Source of the DNA: Elusimicrobiota bacterium
Lineage (GTDB): Bacteria; Elusimicrobiota; Elusimicrobia; UBA1565; JACRDR01
Assembly: GCA_041694815.1 (NCBI GenBank)
Contig: JBGFSC010000010.1
Span: 32,001 to 96,000, forward strand
Direction: 5' to 3'
DNA length: 64,000 bases
Both the position numbers and the translations under genes were made by a program. The notes below the pieces were generated by a model, which was given only the letters and a program-made list of their open reading frames with translations, was not told where the DNA came from and ran no database searches. Of the stretch, positions 9,172-20,024 are shown piece after piece (the first letter of the stretch is position 1; every line of letters begins with the position of its first letter).

Positions 9172-10791
9172 GTGAACCCGCAATCCGATTTCCTGGTATT
9201 AGGCAGCGGCATCGCCGGGCTGCTGGCCGCCCATAAGCTGGCGGCGCTGGGCACCGTGTACATCGTCACCAAAAAGAAAGCCGCCGAATCCAACACTAAT
9301 TACGCCCAGGGTGGGATCGCCGCCGTCGTCAGCCGCAGCGACTCCTTCGAAAACCACGTGCAGGACACGCTGCAGGCCGGAGCCGGGCTCTGCCATGAGA
9401 GGATCGTGCGCCTGACCGTCCAGGAAGGCCCCGCGCGCATACGGGAGCTCATCGAGCTGGGCGTGCGGTTCACCGAGAAGAACGAGGACCTGGACCTGGG
9501 GCTAGAGGGAGGGCATTCGCGGCGGCGCATCCTGCACGCCGGGGATCTCACGGGACGCGAGATCGAGCGGGCCCTGCTGGAAAACTGCCGGAACAACCGG
9601 CGCATCCGTTTCTTCGAGAACCATACCGCCGTCGACTTGATCCTCGAGCGGCACCCGGCGGAGCAGCCCCCCGAGCACAATCGGGTGCTGGGCGCCTACG
9701 TCTTGGACAACGCCTCCCGTCAGGTCCTCGCCTTCAGCGCCAAGGCCACCCTTCTCGCGACGGGAGGGGCCGGCAAGGTCTATCTCTATACCACCAATCC
9801 GGACATCGCCACGGGCGATGGCATGGCCATGGCCTACCGGGCGGGCGCCACGCTGGCCAATCTCGAGTTCGTACAATTCCACCCAACCTGCCTCTACCAT
9901 CCGAACGCCAAATCCTTCCTGCTCTCGGAGGCCCTTCGCGGCGAGGGGGGCGTGCTGCGCCTTAAGGATGGAACGCGCTTCATGGACGGGGTTCATCCCT
10001 TGCGCGAGCTGGCCCCGCGCGACATCGTCGCCCGAGCCATCGACGCCGAACTCAAGAGGAGCGGAGACGACTGCGTCTATCTTGACATGACCGGCAAGCG
10101 CCCCTCCTTCCTGCGGCGGCGTTTCCCCAACCTATACGAATCCGTGCGGCGCTTCGGCATCGATATGGCCAAGGACCCCATCCCCGCGGTCCCAGCGGCC
10201 CATTACTTTTGCGGAGGCGTCGTCGTCGACGAACGCGCCGCCAGCGAGATTCCCGGCCTCTACGCGATCGGCGAGGTGGCCCACACCGGGCTGCACGGGG
10301 CTAACCGCCTGGCGTCCAACTCACTCTTGGAGGGCTGCGTGTTCGCCCACCGCGCCTTCGAGGCCATCCGCGACGGCTGGGCCGAGCAGCGACGCCGGCA
10401 GCCGCCGCTCCCTCCGCGGTGGAATCCCGGAAAGGCGGTATCCTCCGACGAGGCCGTCGTCATCTCCCAGAATTGGGAGGAAATCCGCCGTCTGATGTGG
10501 AACTACGTGGGAATCGTGCGCAGCACGCGGCGCTTAGAGCGCGCCCAACAGCGCATCCAGCTCTTCTCGCAGGAGATCTCCCGATATTATTGGGACTTCC
10601 TGCTCACCCCCGACTTGATCGAGCTGCGCAACATCTCTCTCCTCGCCGAACTCCTCATCGCCTGCGCCTGCCTACGGCGCGAAAGCCGAGGCCTCCACTT
10701 CAATCTCGATACCCCCAGACCCTCGGCGCGAGCGCCCATCGATACGCGCATCAACCGCTATAGGGCGGCCGAGGCCGCTCTCGCGCGCTGA
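9172..10791 (+). CDS. nadB: L-aspartate oxidase
   Basis: [52 protein letters not shown]. Confidence 0.97.
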   Translation: MNPQSDFLVLGSGIAGLLAAHKLAALGTVYIVTKKKAAESNTNYAQGGIAAVVSRSDSFENHVQDTLQAGAGLCHERIVRLTVQEGPARIRELIELGVRFTEKNEDLDLGLEGGHSRRRILHAGDLTGREIERALLENCRNNRRIRFFENHTAVDLILERHPAEQPPEHNRVLGAYVLDNASRQVLAFSAKATLLATGGAGKVYLYTTNPDIATGDGMAMAYRAGATLANLEFVQFHPTCLYHPNAKSFLLSEALRGEGGVLRLKDGTRFMDGVHPLRELAPRDIVARAIDAELKRSGDDCVYLDMTGKRPSFLRRRFPNLYESVRRFGIDMAKDPIPAVPAAHYFCGGVVVDERAASEIPGLYAIGEVAHTGLHGANRLASNSLLEGCVFAHRAFEAIRDGWAEQRRRQPPLPPRWNPGKAVSSDEAVVISQNWEEIRRLMWNYVGIVRSTRRLERAQQRIQLFSQEISRYYWDFLLTPDLIELRNISLLAELLIACACLRRESRGLHFNLDTPRPSARAPIDTRINRYRAAEAALAR

Positions 10792-10793
10792 CC

Positions 10794-13631
10794 ATGGACA
10801 AGATCAAGATCGTCGGCGCCCGCCAACACAATCTCAAGAACGTCAGCTTGGAAATCCCGAGGGAAAAGCTGGTCGTGATCACGGGCCTGTCCGGGTCGGG
10901 AAAATCCAGCCTCGCCTTCGACACGATCTATGCCGAGGGGCAAAGGCGCTACGTCGAAAGCCTTTCCGCCTACGCGAGGCAGTTCCTCGAGCTGATGGAA
11001 AAGCCAGACGTCGACTTAATCGAGGGGCTTTCCCCCGCCATCTCCATCGAACAGCGCAACCCCTCTCGAAACCCGCGCTCGACGGTCGCGACCGTCACCG
11101 AGCTCTACGATTACCTGAGGCTGCTGTTTGCGCGCATCGGCGTTCCCCACTGCCCGAAATGCGGCAAGCTCATTAAGCCCCAGTCGGCCCAATCGATACT
11201 CAAGGACGTGCTGGAGACCTATAGGGCCCGCCCGGTCACCCTCTATTCCCCCCTCGTCCGCGGACGGCAGGGGAGCTACGAGGAGCTCTTCGGGAGGCTG
11301 CGCCGCTCGGGCTACGTCACGGTACGCGTCGACGGCAAGAGCTACGACCTGGGCGAGCCTCCCAAGCTCAAGCGCTACCACAAGCATACCATCGAGCTCC
11401 AAGTGGACCGACTCCGCGTCTGCTCAGAGGAGGAGCGGCGCCTGGCGGAGTCGATCGAGACCGCGCTCAAGGAATCGCGGGGACTGCTACTCGTGGAGGC
11501 CGCCGGCAACGGGCATCCGGCGCGGGAGGCGTTGTTCTCGGAGCACCACGCCTGCGCGGACTGCGGCGTCCGCCTCCCCGAGCTAGAACCTCGCCTCTTT
11601 TCCTTTAATTCCCCCTACGGGGCCTGCCCCGCCTGCGACGGACTCGGAGTCAAGACGGAGGTGGGCGAGGACCTGGTCGTCCCGGATCCGGAGCTGAGCA
11701 TCGCCGAAGGCGCCATCGCGGCCTGGTCCGACCCCGTGACCACGAGGACCAATCGCTGGAAGCGCTCCTGGGCCGGATACTACGACGAGATCATCGCGCA
11801 GGTGTGCCGCCAGCACCGGATCCCGATGGACGTGGCCTGGAAGAACCTACCGGCGAAATCGCGCCATATCCTGCTCTACGGCGGCGGGACGGTACGGGTG
11901 CATTGGGCCAAGAACGCCTCGGATTTCGAGGGAGTGGCCCGCAACCTCGAGCGGCGGCGGCAGGAGACGGAGTCCGAGTTCGTCAAGGAGGAGATCGCCA
12001 ACCGTTTCATGCGCGAGACCCGTTGCCCGACCTGCCGCGGGGCGCGGCTCAAGGAAGAGGCCCTTTTCGTCAAAATCGAGGGGCGCTCGATCGTGGATGT
12101 CACGCGCCTGTCCGTCGCGAAGGCCTCGGAATTCTTCAAGGCGCTCAAGCTCTCCGACAAGGAGCGTTTCATCGGCAAGCCGGTGCTCAAGGAGATCAAC
12201 GCGCGGCTCGACTTCCTGCTTAACGTGGGCCTCGACTACCTCACCCTCGACCGCCGCTCGGAGACGCTGGCCGGCGGCGAGGCCCAACGCATCCACCTCG
12301 CCACGCAGATAGGCTCGGGGCTCACCGGCGTGCTCTACGTGCTCGACGAACCCACGATTGGGCTCCACCCGCGCGACAACACGCGGCTGTTGACGACGCT
12401 CAAGCGCTTGCGCGACCTGGGCAATACCCTTCTCGTCGTCGAGCACGATGAGGAAACCATCCGCGAGGCCGATTGGATCGTCGATATCGGCCCTGGCGCC
12501 GGCCTCCATGGCGGCCGCGTCGTCGCCAGCGGCCCGCTCCCCGAGATCCTCGCCGCCAAGGAGTCGCTCACGGGCCGCTACCTTAAGGGCGAAATCGGGA
12601 TCCCTCCCGCCGCGCGACACGCCGAGCCTCCCAAGGGAGCGCTCAAGATACTCGGGGCCAGGCAATTCAACCTGAAGGATATCGACGTAGAGATTCCCCT
12701 CGGACGGTTCGTCGCCGTCACCGGCGTCTCGGGATCGGGCAAATCCACCCTGGTCCACGAGGTGCTCTATAAATCCTTGGCCAAGTCGCTCTACCACGCC
12801 AAGGAACCACCGGGCGATCATCGCGGCATCGAGGGCCTGGGCCATATCGATAAGGCGGTGGTCGTCGATCAGTCGCCCATCGGGCGCACGCCGCGTTCCA
12901 ATCCCGCCACCTACACGGGACTCTTTAGCCCGATTCGGGACCTCTTCGCGCAGCTGCCGGAATCCAAGAAGCGGGGGTACAAGCCCGGCCGATTCTCCTT
13001 CAACGTGAAGGGGGGCCGCTGCGAGCACTGCACCGGGGAGGGCACCCTCCGGATCCAGATGCAATTTCTTCCGGACGTCTTCGTCAAATGCGAGCAGTGC
13101 CATGGCGCCCGCTTCAATGAAGAAACCCTCCAGGTGCGCTACAAGGGCAGAAGCATCTCCGAGGTGCTCGAGCTGAGCGTCGAGGAGGCCCTTGGCTTCT
13201 TCTCGGCCATGCCGGCCATCTCCCGCATCCTGCAGACGCTCTCGGACGTGGGGCTGGGATACGTGTCTCTCGGCCAGGCCGCGACCACCCTTTCCGGCGG
13301 CGAGGCGCAGCGCGTGAAGCTGGCCACGGAGCTCTCCCGGCGAGCCACCGGGCGGACCCTCTACATACTCGACGAGCCGACGACCGGACTGCATTTCGCG
13401 GACGTGGCGAAGCTCCTTTCGGTGCTCCAGCGCTTAGTCGCCACCGGCAATACGGTGCTCGTCATCGAGCACAACCTCGACGTGATCAAGAGCGCCGACT
13501 GGATCATAGACCTCGGCCCGGAGGGCGGCGATGGAGGCGGCAGCGTCGTCGCGGCCGGGACGCCGCGCCAAGTGGCCCAGCACCCCCGTTCCCATACGGG
13601 ACGTTATCTCCGCGAGGCGCTCGATAAATGA
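10794..13631 (+). CDS. uvrA: Excinuclease ABC subunit A
   Basis: [32 protein letters not shown], two ABC ATPase domains and zinc fingers. Confidence 0.98.
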   Translation: MDKIKIVGARQHNLKNVSLEIPREKLVVITGLSGSGKSSLAFDTIYAEGQRRYVESLSAYARQFLELMEKPDVDLIEGLSPAISIEQRNPSRNPRSTVATVTELYDYLRLLFARIGVPHCPKCGKLIKPQSAQSILKDVLETYRARPVTLYSPLVRGRQGSYEELFGRLRRSGYVTVRVDGKSYDLGEPPKLKRYHKHTIELQVDRLRVCSEEERRLAESIETALKESRGLLLVEAAGNGHPAREALFSEHHACADCGVRLPELEPRLFSFNSPYGACPACDGLGVKTEVGEDLVVPDPELSIAEGAIAAWSDPVTTRTNRWKRSWAGYYDEIIAQVCRQHRIPMDVAWKNLPAKSRHILLYGGGTVRVHWAKNASDFEGVARNLERRRQETESEFVKEEIANRFMRETRCPTCRGARLKEEALFVKIEGRSIVDVTRLSVAKASEFFKALKLSDKERFIGKPVLKEINARLDFLLNVGLDYLTLDRRSETLAGGEAQRIHLATQIGSGLTGVLYVLDEPTIGLHPRDNTRLLTTLKRLRDLGNTLLVVEHDEETIREADWIVDIGPGAGLHGGRVVASGPLPEILAAKESLTGRYLKGEIGIPPAARHAEPPKGALKILGARQFNLKDIDVEIPLGRFVAVTGVSGSGKSTLVHEVLYKSLAKSLYHAKEPPGDHRGIEGLGHIDKAVVVDQSPIGRTPRSNPATYTGLFSPIRDLFAQLPESKKRGYKPGRFSFNVKGGRCEHCTGEGTLRIQMQFLPDVFVKCEQCHGARFNEETLQVRYKGRSISEVLELSVEEALGFFSAMPAISRILQTLSDVGLGYVSLGQAATTLSGGEAQRVKLATELSRRATGRTLYILDEPTTGLHFADVAKLLSVLQRLVATGNTVLVIEHNLDVIKSADWIIDLGPEGGDGGGSVVAAGTPRQVAQHPRSHTGRYLREALDK

Positions 13632-14164
13632 AAGGGTTTACTTTCGTCGAGTTGGTGATCGTGGTCTTCCTGCTCGCGCTCCTGGCCGCCTTCTCCCTGC
13701 AGGGCTACGGGAAGATGTTCGAGAGCAGCAACGCCGAGAAGGCCCGGGAGCTTACTCGGCTCGTCGCTAACTCGAACCGTAACTACGCGCTCAGCCGGGA
13801 AGGCATGCCCTTCTTGGCCGGATCACTCAACGGCTGCGACCCGACCCAGCGCTGCGAGAATTCTCTCGACGCCTGCAGGCTCCTGACCTGCGGCTACCTG
13901 GCCGCGGAGGATTGGACCGGCACCCGATACGATTATTATGCCCTCAATGGCCCGATGACTCTCTGCGGGCTCTCGGGGACGCCTGTCTCCGACCCAAGCG
14001 CCGCGCCACTTTTTGAAGGCCCCTCGGGAAGATTCTACATCGCCTGCGCCAAGCGCCGTTCGGACGCCGGCTCGCCGTACGTGAACTGGGGGTATACCGT
14101 GAATCTCAATGGAGGGATCCAGGCCTGGCCCGCATCCGACCCCCCGCCCCTCAAGCAGGAATAA
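13628..14164 (+). CDS. Type IV pilin-like protein, Cys-rich
   Basis: Class III signal KG|FTFVE followed by a hydrophobic helix; ATGA overlap with uvrA. Confidence 0.85.
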   Translation: MKGFTFVELVIVVFLLALLAAFSLQGYGKMFESSNAEKARELTRLVANSNRNYALSREGMPFLAGSLNGCDPTQRCENSLDACRLLTCGYLAAEDWTGTRYDYYALNGPMTLCGLSGTPVSDPSAAPLFEGPSGRFYIACAKRRSDAGSPYVNWGYTVNLNGGIQAWPASDPPPLKQE

Positions 14165-14167
14165 GGC

Positions 14168-14947
14168 TCATCTGACGCCGCTGGCGAGCCAGCGTCGCCA
14201 GGCCTTCTCCAAGTCCGCCAGCCCCTTGAACCCGTACGCCTCGGCGAGGGCCCTGGAGGGCGGCGCGCCGTCGCGCAGCTTCCCGCATAGGTTGAAAAAT
14301 TGCATACGGGAATGGCCCTTATACAGGAAATAGCTCAAGGCGTAGGCCTGGACATACCAAAGCGCCGCCTGCCTCTTGTCGGTGATAAGCTCGGGCTTGA
14401 GCGCCGCCAATTCTTCCACTCTCCAGATCGCCTCCGGGTGCCTCCGAAGAAATTCGAGATGTTTGGACCATTCGGATTCCTCCGAAAAGCGGGCGGATTC
14501 CGTCTCCTCCATCATCGCCAGCCCTTCGTTGAGCCAGGCGGGCGGCGGGCCCCGGCCTGGAGCCTCCCCCCAATAGGCCTCGAAGAGGAGATGGGTCAAT
14601 TCATGGCCCGCCACCTCCAGCAGCTTCTTGCGGTCGGCCTGCTCGTAGGTCGCCACCGCCTGCTCGCGCTGCGAGGCGATGCCGTTAGACCATTCGGGAG
14701 GATCGAAACGCCCCCGCAGATAGGAGTCCCGGTCCGCATAAAGGAAAAAGCGGATGCGGCGCCGTGGCATCCAGGGCGAAAAATCCATCCGGAGCCGATG
14801 GTGGATACGCTCGAGCTGCAGCACGAAGCCGGACGGCAAGAAGCGTGCCTCGTGGAACACCTCGAAGTGTGGAGAGAGTGTCTTTCGGCGCGGCTCGGCG
14901 GCCTCTGCCCCCAGCAGGGAAGCGACAAGAAGCCAGGCGGCCGCCAA
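14168..14947 (-). CDS. Exported zinc metallopeptidase (peptidase MA-like)
   Basis: HELTH...PAWLNEGLA gluzincin motif; signal peptide. Confidence 0.75.
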   Translation of the reverse strand: MAAAWLLVASLLGAEAAEPRRKTLSPHFEVFHEARFLPSGFVLQLERIHHRLRMDFSPWMPRRRIRFFLYADRDSYLRGRFDPPEWSNGIASQREQAVATYEQADRKKLLEVAGHELTHLLFEAYWGEAPGRGPPPAWLNEGLAMMEETESARFSEESEWSKHLEFLRRHPEAIWRVEELAALKPELITDKRQAALWYVQAYALSYFLYKGHSRMQFFNLCGKLRDGAPPSRALAEAYGFKGLADLEKAWRRWLASGVR

Positions 14948-14950
14948 GCG

Positions 14951-15346
14951 TTAGTTGACCTTTAGATAGTTGACCGTCTTGACCTTCTCGTCTGGATCGT
15001 AGCTGACTTCCACCTGGGTATTGTTTCCGGCGGCGAGTTTTTCTCCGGGCCAAGCAACGATTTCCCATAGGGCTAAGGTCACGATGTCAGCCGCGATATG
15101 CAAGAAGGCGCGACCAAACTTGTACCCCCCGGAGACTCCTTTATCGAAGGCGAAGGTATCGATCTTCGTCCCACCGGCTTCCTTGCTGTAGGCGGGTTGA
15201 CCGAACTCGGACACCAGCATCCCACGGGAAGCACCGGCGGTCAAAATGGATAGATTTTTCTTGGGTGGGCGTGACAGCACAGTGCTCGCCGAACAGCCCG
15301 ACAGGACCCAGACGACCAATAACAAAGCGCGCGACGGAACGTTCAT
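14951..15346 (-). CDS. Putative lipoprotein
   Basis: Lipobox LSGC; RBS aaggagg upstream. Confidence 0.75.
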   Translation of the reverse strand: MNVPSRALLLVVWVLSGCSASTVLSRPPKKNLSILTAGASRGMLVSEFGQPAYSKEAGGTKIDTFAFDKGVSGGYKFGRAFLHIAADIVTLALWEIVAWPGEKLAAGNNTQVEVSYDPDEKVKTVNYLKVN

Positions 15347-15452
15347 GATGCCTCCTTATTCGAAAACCTACCCCACGGTTCATCCTACCTTATCCGTAAA
15401 ATTTTCGTCAAGCGAACAGAACACGTTCATTCCATTCGTTACCACTTCGTCG

Positions 15453-15482
15453 TTGACAGGCTTTCCGCGGATTGTGTGTAAT
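15453..15482 (+). promoter_or_regulatory. Sigma70-type promoter for the DUF3332 gene
   Basis: TTGACA-N18-TGTAAT upstream of aaggag RBS and ATG 15524. Confidence 0.55.
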
Positions 15483-15523
15483 GCTGCGATTGATGCCGCT
15501 ATCTTTGCGCAAAGGAGTCGTCG

Positions 15524-16015
15524 ATGAAAAAGTCATTCACCACGCTGGCGCTGATGTCGGCCTTCGCTGTCACCGGCTGCTACGGGCCGTTCAACCTCAC
15601 GCGAAAGCTGCACGATTGGAACGGGAAGGTGGGAGATCGGAGTACCCAAGGTAAATGGGTCAACGAGGCCGTATTTCTGGGCCTCAATATCCTGCCGGTT
15701 TACACCTTCGCCCTGCTCGGCGACGCGATTGTCTTCAACTCGATCGAATTTTGGACAGGCAACAATCCGGTCAAGCTGAGTCGGCGCGTATCCAACGGAG
15801 ACGCCTCGGCGGTTATCAGCTACGCGCCGGACGCACGGCGCCTGCGCGTCGATAGTTTCGAAAAGGGCCGACCCACCTCGACCGTGGTCCTTGAACCCGG
15901 CGACCAAGGCATGGTCGCCCGAGGCGCCGACGGCCGCCTCTTAGCCTCGGCCGCGACCGAGGGAGCAAGCGTGGTACTGCGGGACGCCGCTGGCAAGGAA
16001 ATCGGCCGAAAGTAG
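15524..16015 (+). CDS. DUF3332 family lipoprotein
   Basis: TGCYGPFNLTRKLHDWN...KWVNE...D.IVFNSIEFWTGNNP signature. Confidence 0.85.
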   Translation: MKKSFTTLALMSAFAVTGCYGPFNLTRKLHDWNGKVGDRSTQGKWVNEAVFLGLNILPVYTFALLGDAIVFNSIEFWTGNNPVKLSRRVSNGDASAVISYAPDARRLRVDSFEKGRPTSTVVLEPGDQGMVARGADGRLLASAATEGASVVLRDAAGKEIGRK

Positions 16016-16038
16016 TGCAGCCTCTTCGCCCAGGGCTT

Positions 16039-16078
16039 AACCCGCCCTCCTATTCCGACTTCGATGGGAGGGCGGGTT
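16039..16078 (+). terminator. Stem-loop downstream of DUF3332, probable terminator
   Basis: AACCCGCCCTCC...GGAGGGCGGGTT perfect 12-bp inverted repeat; weak U-tract. Confidence 0.55.
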
Positions 16079-16221
16079 CATACCAGGCCCGCCACCCTAT
16101 GGCCCGCGGCGCCGCCGTCGCCGCGTAGCCGCCCCACATGCCTTCAAGCCTCGCATGGTCGAGCAAGCGCGCGGCGACCCGGCGCGTGGTTTGAGGCAGG
16201 AAAGCGAGGCTACCTGCGCCG

Positions 16222-17157
16222 ATGAGGCTGTTTCAGAAGATCGTGCTTGCCCTCGGCCTGCTGGGCTTGGCCGCGCTGCTCTGGAGCATGGACAAGGGCC
16301 AGATCGGCCGCCTCCTTTACCGGGTCCGGTGGGGACTGCTGCTCATCGTCGCCCAGGAAATCGTCGCCCACACCATCAACGCCTTCGCCTGGCGTCTGGC
16401 CTTCGTGCCGCAAGAGGCGGCCGCCTTCCCATTCCGGGAACTCCTGCGTCTTCGCGTCATCGGCGACGCCATCAATTATTTGGTCCCCGGAGCCACGATC
16501 CCCGGCGAGATACTGCGGGCCTCGCTACTCAATCGCTCGCATGGGAGGAGGAGCCGCGCGGGCTCGGTGCTTGTGGCCAAATGCACGCAATCGTTGGCCC
16601 ACTGTCTCTTCATGGTCACAGGACTGCTCATGCTCGCCCACGGCTATTCGACCGCCGCCCCATACGCTCCTTTTCTGTACGCGGCCGCCACCGTGCTGCT
16701 CCTGGTCCTGGCCGCCGCAGGGCTGCTGGCCTGGCGCAGCAAGGGAGGCCAATCGATCCCTCAGGACGGCCCGGTGACCTTTCCCGTGATGCTGGGGTGG
16801 CTCAAGGATTATGCGCTCCGCTACCCTGGCCGGGTGCTCGGCTCCACCGCGACCTTCATGCTGGCCTTCGCGTGGGGCGCCTTCGAGGCGTTCTGGATTT
16901 GCCGCTTCCTGGGATCGCCCATTTCCGCCACGACGGCCCTGACCCTCGAGACCCTCTCCTTGGCGGTCGACGGCTTCCTGTTCATGGTCCCGGCCAAGAT
17001 GGGTACGCAGGAAGGAGGAAAAACCGCGATCTTTGTGCTGCTAGGCCTTCCCGCCGAGCAAGGCTTCGCCTTCGGCGTCGTGCGGCACACGCGGGAGCTG
17101 CTGTGGGCCGGCGGCGGACTCTTGCTCTACTGGCGCCACCGATCCGGCGTCCGCTAA
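16222..17157 (+). CDS. HpnL-like flippase/LPG-synthase-domain membrane protein
   Basis: Multiple TM helices; IGDAIN...GE, FMVP..MGTQEGG, RE motifs; adjacent to hpnK. Confidence 0.7.
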   Translation: MRLFQKIVLALGLLGLAALLWSMDKGQIGRLLYRVRWGLLLIVAQEIVAHTINAFAWRLAFVPQEAAAFPFRELLRLRVIGDAINYLVPGATIPGEILRASLLNRSHGRRSRAGSVLVAKCTQSLAHCLFMVTGLLMLAHGYSTAAPYAPFLYAAATVLLLVLAAAGLLAWRSKGGQSIPQDGPVTFPVMLGWLKDYALRYPGRVLGSTATFMLAFAWGAFEAFWICRFLGSPISATTALTLETLSLAVDGFLFMVPAKMGTQEGGKTAIFVLLGLPAEQGFAFGVVRHTRELLWAGGGLLLYWRHRSGVR

Positions 17158-17991
17158 GGTGATGCCGCTGGCGGAGATCGCCTCGCGCACGCGGGGGCTC
17201 AGCAGCGTCCGCAATTCCGCGCGGCTCTGATGGCTTTCGGTGGGGGACTCGCCCGCTTCGCTATCCGGGTCGGCGCTCGGGTGGAAATAGATTTCCGTGT
17301 CTCCCGGGGGCAGGCCCTCCAGGAGCCGCAGCAAGTACTCCTCGCTCATGAGCCCCGAGCGTAGCAGGCCATAGGTCCTATCCAGCACGTGTACGCGCGG
17401 GTCGGCGTGGCGCATCATGAGGTAGCGCCTTAAAAGTTGAAACGTCACTGCCTCGCCCAGCTGCTTGAACGGCGACAGCCGGAAGGAAAGGCTCGCCGCC
17501 AGCTCTCCGCCCGGAAGGCGCAGGCGCGTGAAGCCATACTCGCGGCAAAGGCGCGCGAGCAATGGATAGATCACCGGATGCACGTGAAGGTTGACGTGGC
17601 CGTCGACATGCCCCGGGGACAGGCCGAGGGAGAGGAAGCGCTCAAATTGGGCTCGGAGCTCGGCCTCGATCGTCACCCGAAGGGAGCGGTCGAAAAAGTA
17701 GCGCATCCCGCAACGGACGGGGTCCGTCGGGAAGCGTCCGTCGGCGTCCAGCCACCCCCCCCAGCGCACGCGGCCGAGGGCCGAGAGCCCGTTGCATAGG
17801 ACGGCATGGAGGCCCACCCCCAGGCCCGGAAACTGAGAGCGAGCGCGCCGGGCGGCGTCGGCGGCGGCGGGCTCATTGACCATGAGGCTGGCGAAGCGCA
17901 ATATCCCGTTTTGATACGCCTCGAAAACCGCGTCGTTGACCGCCGCCGACTCACCGAAATCATCAGCCGTGATGAAAAGACGCCGGCTCAT
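17041..17991 (-). CDS. hpnK: Hopanoid-associated ChbG/YdjC family deacetylase
   Basis: ITADDFG, ASLMV, VGLH, HVDGHVNLHVHP, EIYFHP; start moved to ATG 17991 (ATGA overlap with upstream pilin). Confidence 0.85.
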   Translation of the reverse strand: MSRRLFITADDFGESAAVNDAVFEAYQNGILRFASLMVNEPAAADAARRARSQFPGLGVGLHAVLCNGLSALGRVRWGGWLDADGRFPTDPVRCGMRYFFDRSLRVTIEAELRAQFERFLSLGLSPGHVDGHVNLHVHPVIYPLLARLCREYGFTRLRLPGGELAASLSFRLSPFKQLGEAVTFQLLRRYLMMRHADPRVHVLDRTYGLLRSGLMSEEYLLRLLEGLPPGDTEIYFHPSADPDSEAGESPTESHQSRAELRTLLSPRVREAISASGITLADAGSVAPVEQESAAGPQQLPRVPHDAEGEALLGGKA

Positions 17992-18410
17992 TGGCATTGC
18001 GCGAGGGTCATGGTCGCTGGGCACGCGTCCCCAGGACCTTTCGGGATGCATACGCAGGTTTTGCAAGTGCCTGGATTAGAAAGGTCGTCGATGGCATAGA
18101 CTCGAACCGGCACATCTGACATTCCGGTAAACGGCAATCCCGCCAACGTGCACGTGCACCCGCACGAACCCGACGCCGGTTGGCAAAGCATATCGGGTGT
18201 ATTTTGACAAATTCCATACTGATTCCATAGGCCCCAGGCGCGGTGCATGACCGCCTGACCCTGTAAAGGAGCCGCGACGGCCCCCGCGTAACGCTCGCCG
18301 AGGCTAATCCGCTGCATCACCATCGACAGCACCGCAGAGGCTACGGTGAGGAGTACCAGCCCGAAGACGAGCACCTGCACCAACGCCGCTCCGCGCCTTG
18401 CCACGTTCAT
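17988..18410 (-). CDS. PilX/GspK-like minor pilin, Cys-rich
   Basis: RRG|AALVQVL (no Glu5), hydrophobic helix, many Cys. Confidence 0.7.
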   Translation of the reverse strand: MNVARRGAALVQVLVFGLVLLTVASAVLSMVMQRISLGERYAGAVAAPLQGQAVMHRAWGLWNQYGICQNTPDMLCQPASGSCGCTCTLAGLPFTGMSDVPVRVYAIDDLSNPGTCKTCVCIPKGPGDACPATMTLAQCQ

Positions 18411-19033
18411 GGGTACGGAGCGCTCCGGCTCATGGAGAGGGTGACGGCGGTGTTGACGGTGACGGCGGCCGTCCCCGTACCGACCATGTAATGCAGCTCG
18501 ACGACATTATTGACATTCGCCGGCCGGATGAAATAATGAGGATAGGCGGGATCCTTCGAGACATGACGGGCTAGGATCAGGGCGTTGGGAGCCGTCGCGT
18601 CGCAGGTGTAGGTGGGAGGGCAGGCGGCGCCCATTCCATCCTGCCACGTCATGTAAAGATCGCCCGCAATGACGCAATATTGGTACGTATGGATGGGAGG
18701 GCCCGCCGGGCCCCGATCGATGCGGGGATCGGTGGGGTTCAAGCCCGAAGAATCGTAGTTCGAACAGCCCCGAAGCATGTCTGCTCCGACCGGGGCAGAA
18801 CCCGCGCAATTGCCGTTAGGGCAGGGCCAGGCCGGGATACTCAAGGAGGTCGTGCGCGCGAGATCCCTCGCGATGGCTGTCGCGCTCATGATGGCGCCGT
18901 CATGGATCACGTCCTTTTGGAAGCTCTGGTTCTGCAGGCGAAACACGGCGGTATAGATAGCCGCCAGTCCCATCAGCACCATCGCCGACAAAAGGACGGC
19001 GACGAGCAGCTCGACAAGAGTGAATCCCCTCAT
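18407..19033 (-). CDS. PilW-like minor pilin
   Basis: MRG|FTLVELLVA; ATGA coupling on both sides. Confidence 0.8.
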   Translation of the reverse strand: MRGFTLVELLVAVLLSAMVLMGLAAIYTAVFRLQNQSFQKDVIHDGAIMSATAIARDLARTTSLSIPAWPCPNGNCAGSAPVGADMLRGCSNYDSSGLNPTDPRIDRGPAGPPIHTYQYCVIAGDLYMTWQDGMGAACPPTYTCDATAPNALILARHVSKDPAYPHYFIRPANVNNVVELHYMVGTGTAAVTVNTAVTLSMSRSAPYP

Positions 19034-19476
19034 GGCTCGTCCCAATCGACGCGAACGTTCACGGTCGGCCGGAAGTTCGGGTCGCCGGGCGGAAAATCGG
19101 CGGTGACCGTATAGATCATGCGCATGTTGTATGGGGGCAGACGCAATGGGGCCGGAAGGAAAGAGCTCACGTCGTGCGGCACGCAGCCGGGGTCCAAGGC
19201 GTAGCGCGGGTAGCAGCTGTCCTGCATGGAGCCGTCCCGGAAACCCCAGTCGCCGCCGGGCGCGTAAGAAGCGGTCGCGGCCGTAGGATCGGCGCTAATG
19301 TAATTTTTGAGTCTTTCCAGGACGCGTTTGGCGGCGTTGGCGGCGGCAATCTTGCGTTCGGCCTTGCCCCCGAGGCGTTTGCTGGTCAAGGTCACGCTAA
19401 AAACGGAAAGGGTGACCATCGCGACGAGCAGGATGGCCACGAGCACCTCGACGAGGGTCGTGCCCCGGGGACCCAT
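19030..19476 (-). CDS. PilV-like minor pilin
   Basis: MGPRG|TTLVEVLVA; start set to ATG 19476. Confidence 0.8.
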   Translation of the reverse strand: MGPRGTTLVEVLVAILLVAMVTLSVFSVTLTSKRLGGKAERKIAAANAAKRVLERLKNYISADPTAATASYAPGGDWGFRDGSMQDSCYPRYALDPGCVPHDVSSFLPAPLRLPPYNMRMIYTVTADFPPGDPNFRPTVNVRVDWDEP

Positions 19477-19477
19477 T

Positions 19478-20008
19478 TCAATAAACCGGCTCGGGCGGGG
19501 CCAGGCAGTCGGAGCAGCCTGGCACGCTCGCGTACACTTTACCGTTCCTGTTGACCGCGTAGCCCCATTCGGATGAGAAAGCGGGCCCTCCGGCGTTTCT
19601 ACGGGCGCAGGCGACAAAGAGATCCGACACCGGAAAGCTCAACCCGCAAGCGCTAGCGCTTACCCCGATCGGAGCGAGCGCCTGGAAAGAATAATATTTA
19701 TGGCCGAAGTCCTGCTTGGCCAGGAGATTGCAGGCCACCAGATCGCAGCCCGGGGGCGAGGGGCTGGCCGCGCCGACGCAGGTGGCGGAATTGCAGTTGT
19801 TATCGATCGGGCCCTGCGTGAAGCGGTTATAATCGACCGCGTACATCCGGTTGGTCGTCGCAATCATCTGTAGCATGGATAAAGCATCGTCGGCGCGGGA
19901 ATTTTCCACCGAACGGTTGTAGAGGGGGATAGCCACCGCCGCGATGATGGCCAGGAGCAGAACCACCACCATCATCTCCACGAGCGTAAATCCGTTTTTA
20001 GCTTGCAT
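19478..20008 (-). CDS. PilE-like pilin, Cys-rich
   Basis: KNG|FTLVEMMVVV...AIPLY; alternative in-frame GTG start at 20017. Confidence 0.85.
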   Translation of the reverse strand: MQAKNGFTLVEMMVVVLLLAIIAAVAIPLYNRSVENSRADDALSMLQMIATTNRMYAVDYNRFTQGPIDNNCNSATCVGAASPSPPGCDLVACNLLAKQDFGHKYYSFQALAPIGVSASACGLSFPVSDLFVACARRNAGGPAFSSEWGYAVNRNGKVYASVPGCSDCLAPPEPVY

Positions 20009-20024
20009 CAGCTGCACTTTTTGA

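Noticed and set aside
11847..13394. 515-aa minus-strand ORF
   Set aside because: Antisense shadow of uvrA caused by high-GC codon bias; no motifs.
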